A stretch of DNA of 56,233 bases, the filler included, from Bipalium vagum (lineage: Eukaryota), in the NCBI GenBank assembly GCA_037834085.1. It is 3 parts of 3 records of this genome, joined end to end, with 100 filler letters (N's around TTAATTAATTAA, not from the genome) between each part and the next. Parts side by side here need not be neighbours in the genome. Positions count along the whole stretch, not along the records: positions 40,629 to 56,233 come from JBBMKC010156801.1; 2 more parts are not named here. One strand, 5' to 3'. This document shows positions 51,811 to 56,233 of the stretch, in pieces. The position numbers were made by a program, and so were the translations under genes. The notes below the pieces were generated by a model. That model searched no databases, was not told where the DNA came from, and saw nothing but the letters and a program-made list of their open reading frames with translations. The first letter of the stretch is position 1, and each line of letters opens with the position of its first letter.

Positions 51811-54800
51811 TCATTTCTTTGAAAAAAATTTCGTTAAAGCTCTCATGCATTCATCTGACAACCAACGCTCCGTTAATCGATTACATTCTATCTCATTGGT
51901 GTCATGGAGTTTTTTTCTCAACGGACCTCTAATCAAATCTTTGGAATATTTGACTGTCTGAGCGATAATAATAAGAATAACAATGGAAAACAATAACGGA
52001 GTCATTTACTTGTGGTGGCAGTGACGCTATTTCGTTAACGATTTTCCAAGCCTCTTCGTGGAAAACTTTGTCCGGGAACACATAGGTCACCAAACCGATT
52101 GCTTCATTAGCCGACAATTTTTTATTAAATATTAAAATGTTATTAGCCTAAAATATTTCCATTCAATCACAATTTAATGAAAATCAATAAATTCAAAATG
52201 TCTTAAAAACATTTAATATGGAAATTTTCAATTGAATTTTAAATAATTTTAGAATTATCGATTTTTATTTTTAGAAATACATCGAGAATATATATGCAAT
52301 ATTTTAATTGAAAATTAATTAATTTTATTAATATTCTGAAGCCTAGGGTCATATTTCATTTCTTTATTACTTTTTAAAAATCATCGATTTAATTGAATTA
52401 TTGATTTAACTTATCATTAAAATTTTATTTTGATTCATTCCTATTTTTATTATATTTATAAAATTAATAATTATACAATTTTGATATTTATTTTAATATT
52501 AAAATTTCATTATTATTTAACTTCTTTAATTAATTTTTTATAATATAATTAAAATTTAAAAGTACTCATCTTATGACTTTAAAGTAAAAAATTAGAGAGA
52601 CGACAAAAATAATTCATATTCAGATATGAAAATTGAAAAAAAGTAGCAGTGGATAAGTCAAAGAGTTATTTATGAAGAGAACAATAAAAAGAAAGCAGAT
52701 ATAAAAATTTGGTGATAAAAACCAGTGATACTACACAACCCAAAAATATGGAGTTTTAAAAATTATATGGAAAGCTTAAAAATAATTTATAGAAAATAAA
52801 AGTGGATATTTGGATTTTTTATATAAAAATACTCAAGATTTAAAAATTTTATTTTCAAATTTATTGATTTAATTGAAATTTTAAATAATCGATACTTATT
52901 ACTTAACTTTAAATATTCAAAACTTATTTCAAATATTTATTTTATTATTATAATAATAATTATTATTATCAATATTATTATTAAATTATTACTTTAACAG
53001 TAGAAATTTTTACATGTCGATAATTCATTATAAGTAGTACCGATTATAATTAATCTCTTTAAAGAACCAACAAGTTTCCAAACAGATTTAAAAAATTATA
53101 AAAAAAAATTATGTAAATAAAATTTTTTTAATAAATACCAATATCTCGTTCATTTTAATTTAAAAATCACTCAACACAGCAATAGAAATCGCGTGGCACT
53201 CAAAAAATAGATAAAATCATTATTTAATGTCAAAACCAATATTAACTATTTATTGACTTTATTATTCTTATTATTATTTACTATCAATACTTGACAATGT
53301 GCACCTTTTTAGAAACTGCAAAATAAAAGAAAATGTTGGAAATCAATTAAATAAGGTCGACCTTCTTTTATTAAAATCGTGAAAGTCGAAAATATGCGTA
53401 ATAAAAAAATAAGAAAAAATCAATAAATAATTTTAAAAAAAAATTTTTTATAACCTTCATCGGTCCGAAAATGGCGGGAAACGTGTAGCTAGAGCATCCC
53501 TCGGGTGTTTGTCCCAAATTTGAGAATGGTGTACTGAAAGTTGCCTAAATAACCAATAGAAAGAGACAGACATTTTACACACAAAAAACTGAACGAAAAT
53601 GAATTTTACATTGTCGCTGGCAATCACCATGTCGTACAGACCCAAAGTCGTGACTGTTATTCCGATTGCCGGTCCATTGATCAAACCAATTAACGGTTTA
53701 GAAAAATCGATAAAACTGGCGACAAAGTTTTGCAAAACTTTTTTTCCTTTCAAAGCCATTTCCTGGGGCGTCTCTCCCGGTTTCATTTTTGTAAAGTTTG
53801 ATAAATCATTGCCGCTGCAAAAATAGTCCCCAGCTCCTGTGAAAAGATTAATATCAAAGGTGTTAAAAATCAACACATATTTTTGTAAAATCAAAAAACA
53901 AACCTGTAACGACAACCACTGAGATCGATGGGTCTTTATCGGCTCGGTTTAATGTTTCCGCCCAAAAATCGTACATCTGTCAATTAATGAAAAAATTTCA
54001 TTAAAAATATAATAATAAATCATTGAGATTATTATTTAACATAATTAAAATTATTATTGATTATAGGTTCAACGTAAAAACGTACCTCCCAAGTAAGGGC
54101 ATTTTTCTTTTGAATACGATTAAGACGAATTGTCAGGACACCGTTGTTATTGGTCACATCAATACCTTCAACTTGAGGGGTTTTATTATCTCCTTTCTCT
54201 CCAGACGACGATACGCTCTTGTCATCCATCTCCCCATACTGTTTACACAATTCATCGACCAGTTTTACATAAGTATCGATTGCACTTTCCTAATTGATAT
54301 ATTTTTAAACTATTTTTTTTCTGTAAATCTTATAGATTTTACTGTAAAAAGTCAATAATATAGTCCAACAATTCCAACCTCATTTAGAAAAAAAGAAAGA
54401 CATTACTTTCGTCATCTGACTCAATGAGGACCAAGCTTCCCATTTTGCAAGATTGACAAAGTTGATCATGCTCGGCTTTGGTGTGTTACATTTGCCTTCT
54501 GTGACCTGTTTGAGTAGAAAATGAAATGATATTCTGTTGAAATTAACTACTTATTATTTCTAAGCGTTTAAAAAATCACTGACAAATTATTATTCCTGGG
54601 TTTTTTGTTAAGAATTTTTAAGATTAATAGAGTAATTTAAAAATTAAAGAATAAGATGTTCCCAGATTTATATATAATAATAATTAAAATAAACCTGCTT
54701 AAATAAAGCATAAAGTTTCAGTTTATTCTCTGATCCCGGATCATTTTTTAACTTATTAACTCTATCTTTGGCTTTATTAAAATCATCCACTGATATTGAT

Positions 54801-54924
54801 AACTGTCTAACATTAACTTTATATGGAAAATTTAATCTTTTTCTAAAAAAATTTTTTTAATTTCTAAAAGAATTATTTCTTACATAGTACAATTTTCTAA
54901 AATATTTTTAGCAATTTTAAACAT
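51811..54924 (-). CDS. ECI2: Enoyl-CoA delta isomerase 2 (ACBP domain plus crotonase domain), 388 aa. Exons 54924-54884, 54842-54695, 54505-54407, 54289-54086, 53976-53904, 53836-53610, 53544-53455, 52147-52010, 51957-51811
   Basis: Presequence-like N-terminus [33 protein letters not shown] domain [27 protein letters not shown]...AKWEAW...[12 protein letters not shown]. Crotonase motifs [28 protein letters not shown] and [21 protein letters not shown]. All introns are GT-AG with consistent phase; 1167 nt total. Confidence 0.93.
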
Positions 54925-55129
54925 CTTTCCTCAATCAAGAATAATTGATGAATTAAAACAAAGATCACTATATTTAATATTTTGTTATTCACATTTAAAA
55001 AACCTTGGACATTGTTCATTAATTTCTTGAGTATTTAACAATTTTTGTTACACTTTTGCAGTATTTTATAACCATTGTCTTGTTCGTTGCTTTTTTTTTC
55101 ATGTTATATCGTATTTTCATTATCACTTA

Positions 55130-55890
55130 ATATTCTTAGAAATGTATTTTTTTTGTTACCTAACAAAGTATTTAATATCAGAAGGATTTACGGATGAACG
55201 TTCAGGCACAAAACTAAAAACCACTGTCACAATAAACGATCGAATAAAAATTCAAATGAACTGAGAAACACAATTTGTTTCAAAATATTTATTTGCAAAT
55301 CTGATTTTTACAATCAAACTCTTTATGGGATTATCAAGTACAGATATCTTTTGGCACAAACTTAGTTTAATGCTTAAAAGTCCCCAGCAATTTATCAGTT
55401 AGAGGCTATGTAAATTGTAAAAATAAAAAGAAGAAAAGCTTCGAGCACTTATTTAGAAGAGTTTAGTTATTATTAATAATAAAAATAATATCAAGTCAAT
55501 CGGTAAAAATTTCTTGATAGTGAATAATATATTTTCAGAATAAAGTAAACTGCTGTTACGAAATTTCGTACAGAGTTTATGTATACATAAAGATTCCTTA
55601 CTAAGAACTGATGGAAATCGTCCACTGCTGAATGTGAGTGTTCACTTGTGTTACAATTGAGCCCTTGGTGCAAATTATTGTGTCTTTTTACTATTTTTTG
55701 TGGGTTTATATACAAAACTTTGTCTGTAATTTCTATTTTTAGAAACATTATTTTATTTACATTATTTTCTATTTTTAGTAATTTCTAGTTTCTATATTTT
55801 TTTCTACATAAATCCTTTGTTTATTTGTTTTATGGTAATGTTAATAATTGATAATTTATAATAAATAAAGTAATAATAAAAACAATAACA
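55130..55890 (-). repeat. LTR-like interspersed repeat, copy C, just upstream of ECI2
   Basis: Its reverse complement aligns by eye with 33680-33900 and 34620-34700. Confidence 0.65.
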
Positions 55891-56060
55891 ATAATTATAT
55901 TCGTTTTTGACTTGATGATCCAATATTACAGATAAGAATAAGAAAAAATCTCAAAAAGAATTGTTTATCAAAAATGTCGTTATTTTGGGATGCTCCACAT
56001 TTTACAAAATTCACATTATCATTTTTAATCCATTTTCTGAGAAAATAAATTTTTTTATTC

Positions 56061-56233
56061 TACAGGGTGCGCCACTTAAATCGGGAAAATTATCAGTAAA
56101 ACAAAAGCCGAATATCTTTAGTAATGATCAAGCAAATTATAAAATTTATTTATAGGTTTCAAAATTTACAGGTTTATCTTCAATATCACTCAATCCATTC
56201 TCCTTTAGCTTCGATGACGGCCTCCAAACGGGA
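56061..56233 (+). mobile_element. Probable Tc1/mariner terminus (TA-CAGGGTG...), running off the window
   Basis: TACAGGGTGCGCCACTTAAATCGGG is a typical ITm end; a similar end lies on minus at ~40690-40703. Confidence 0.4.

Noticed and set aside
51757-51813. Stop-codon readthrough of ECI2 (TGA-C context) creating a cryptic PTS1
   Set aside because: The extension would be LREGIAKKFNNIIENNA*, with no PTS1, and the context is TGA CTT, not TGA CTA.

Overview
Very AT-rich eukaryotic (metazoan, probably invertebrate) genomic window. A planarian-like flatworm is my inference from composition, 41-55 nt introns and the transposon spectrum; it is not proven. Two artificial 100-bp spacers (N44-TTAATTAATTAA-N44) split it into three contigs. 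Four spliced protein-coding genes were reconstructed by hand from GT-AG boundaries: a neuronal calcium sensor (NCS-2/neurocalcin-like, minus, first coding exon not found), RhoA/Rho1 (minus, 3 exons, 193 aa), the H2B ubiquitin ligase Bre1/RNF20-40 (plus, 11 exons, 911 aa) and ACBP-domain enoyl-CoA delta isomerase ECI2 (minus, 9 exons, 388 aa). The rest is mostly decayed transposons: Tc1, mariner, rosa/DD41D-like, DD37-like, pogo/Tigger, hAT-Buster, Merlin, a TIR element with a nested LTR-like repeat, and possible RTE and Penelope fragments, plus (AAT)n microsatellites. The most unusual observation is two complementary halves of a tRNA-Ala(CGC)-like sequence 49 kb apart. Each half carries one arm of the same 13-bp inverted repeat, suggesting a ~100-bp IR-bracketed, tRNA-derived mobile unit. 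No prokaryotic-type system (CRISPR etc.) is present.
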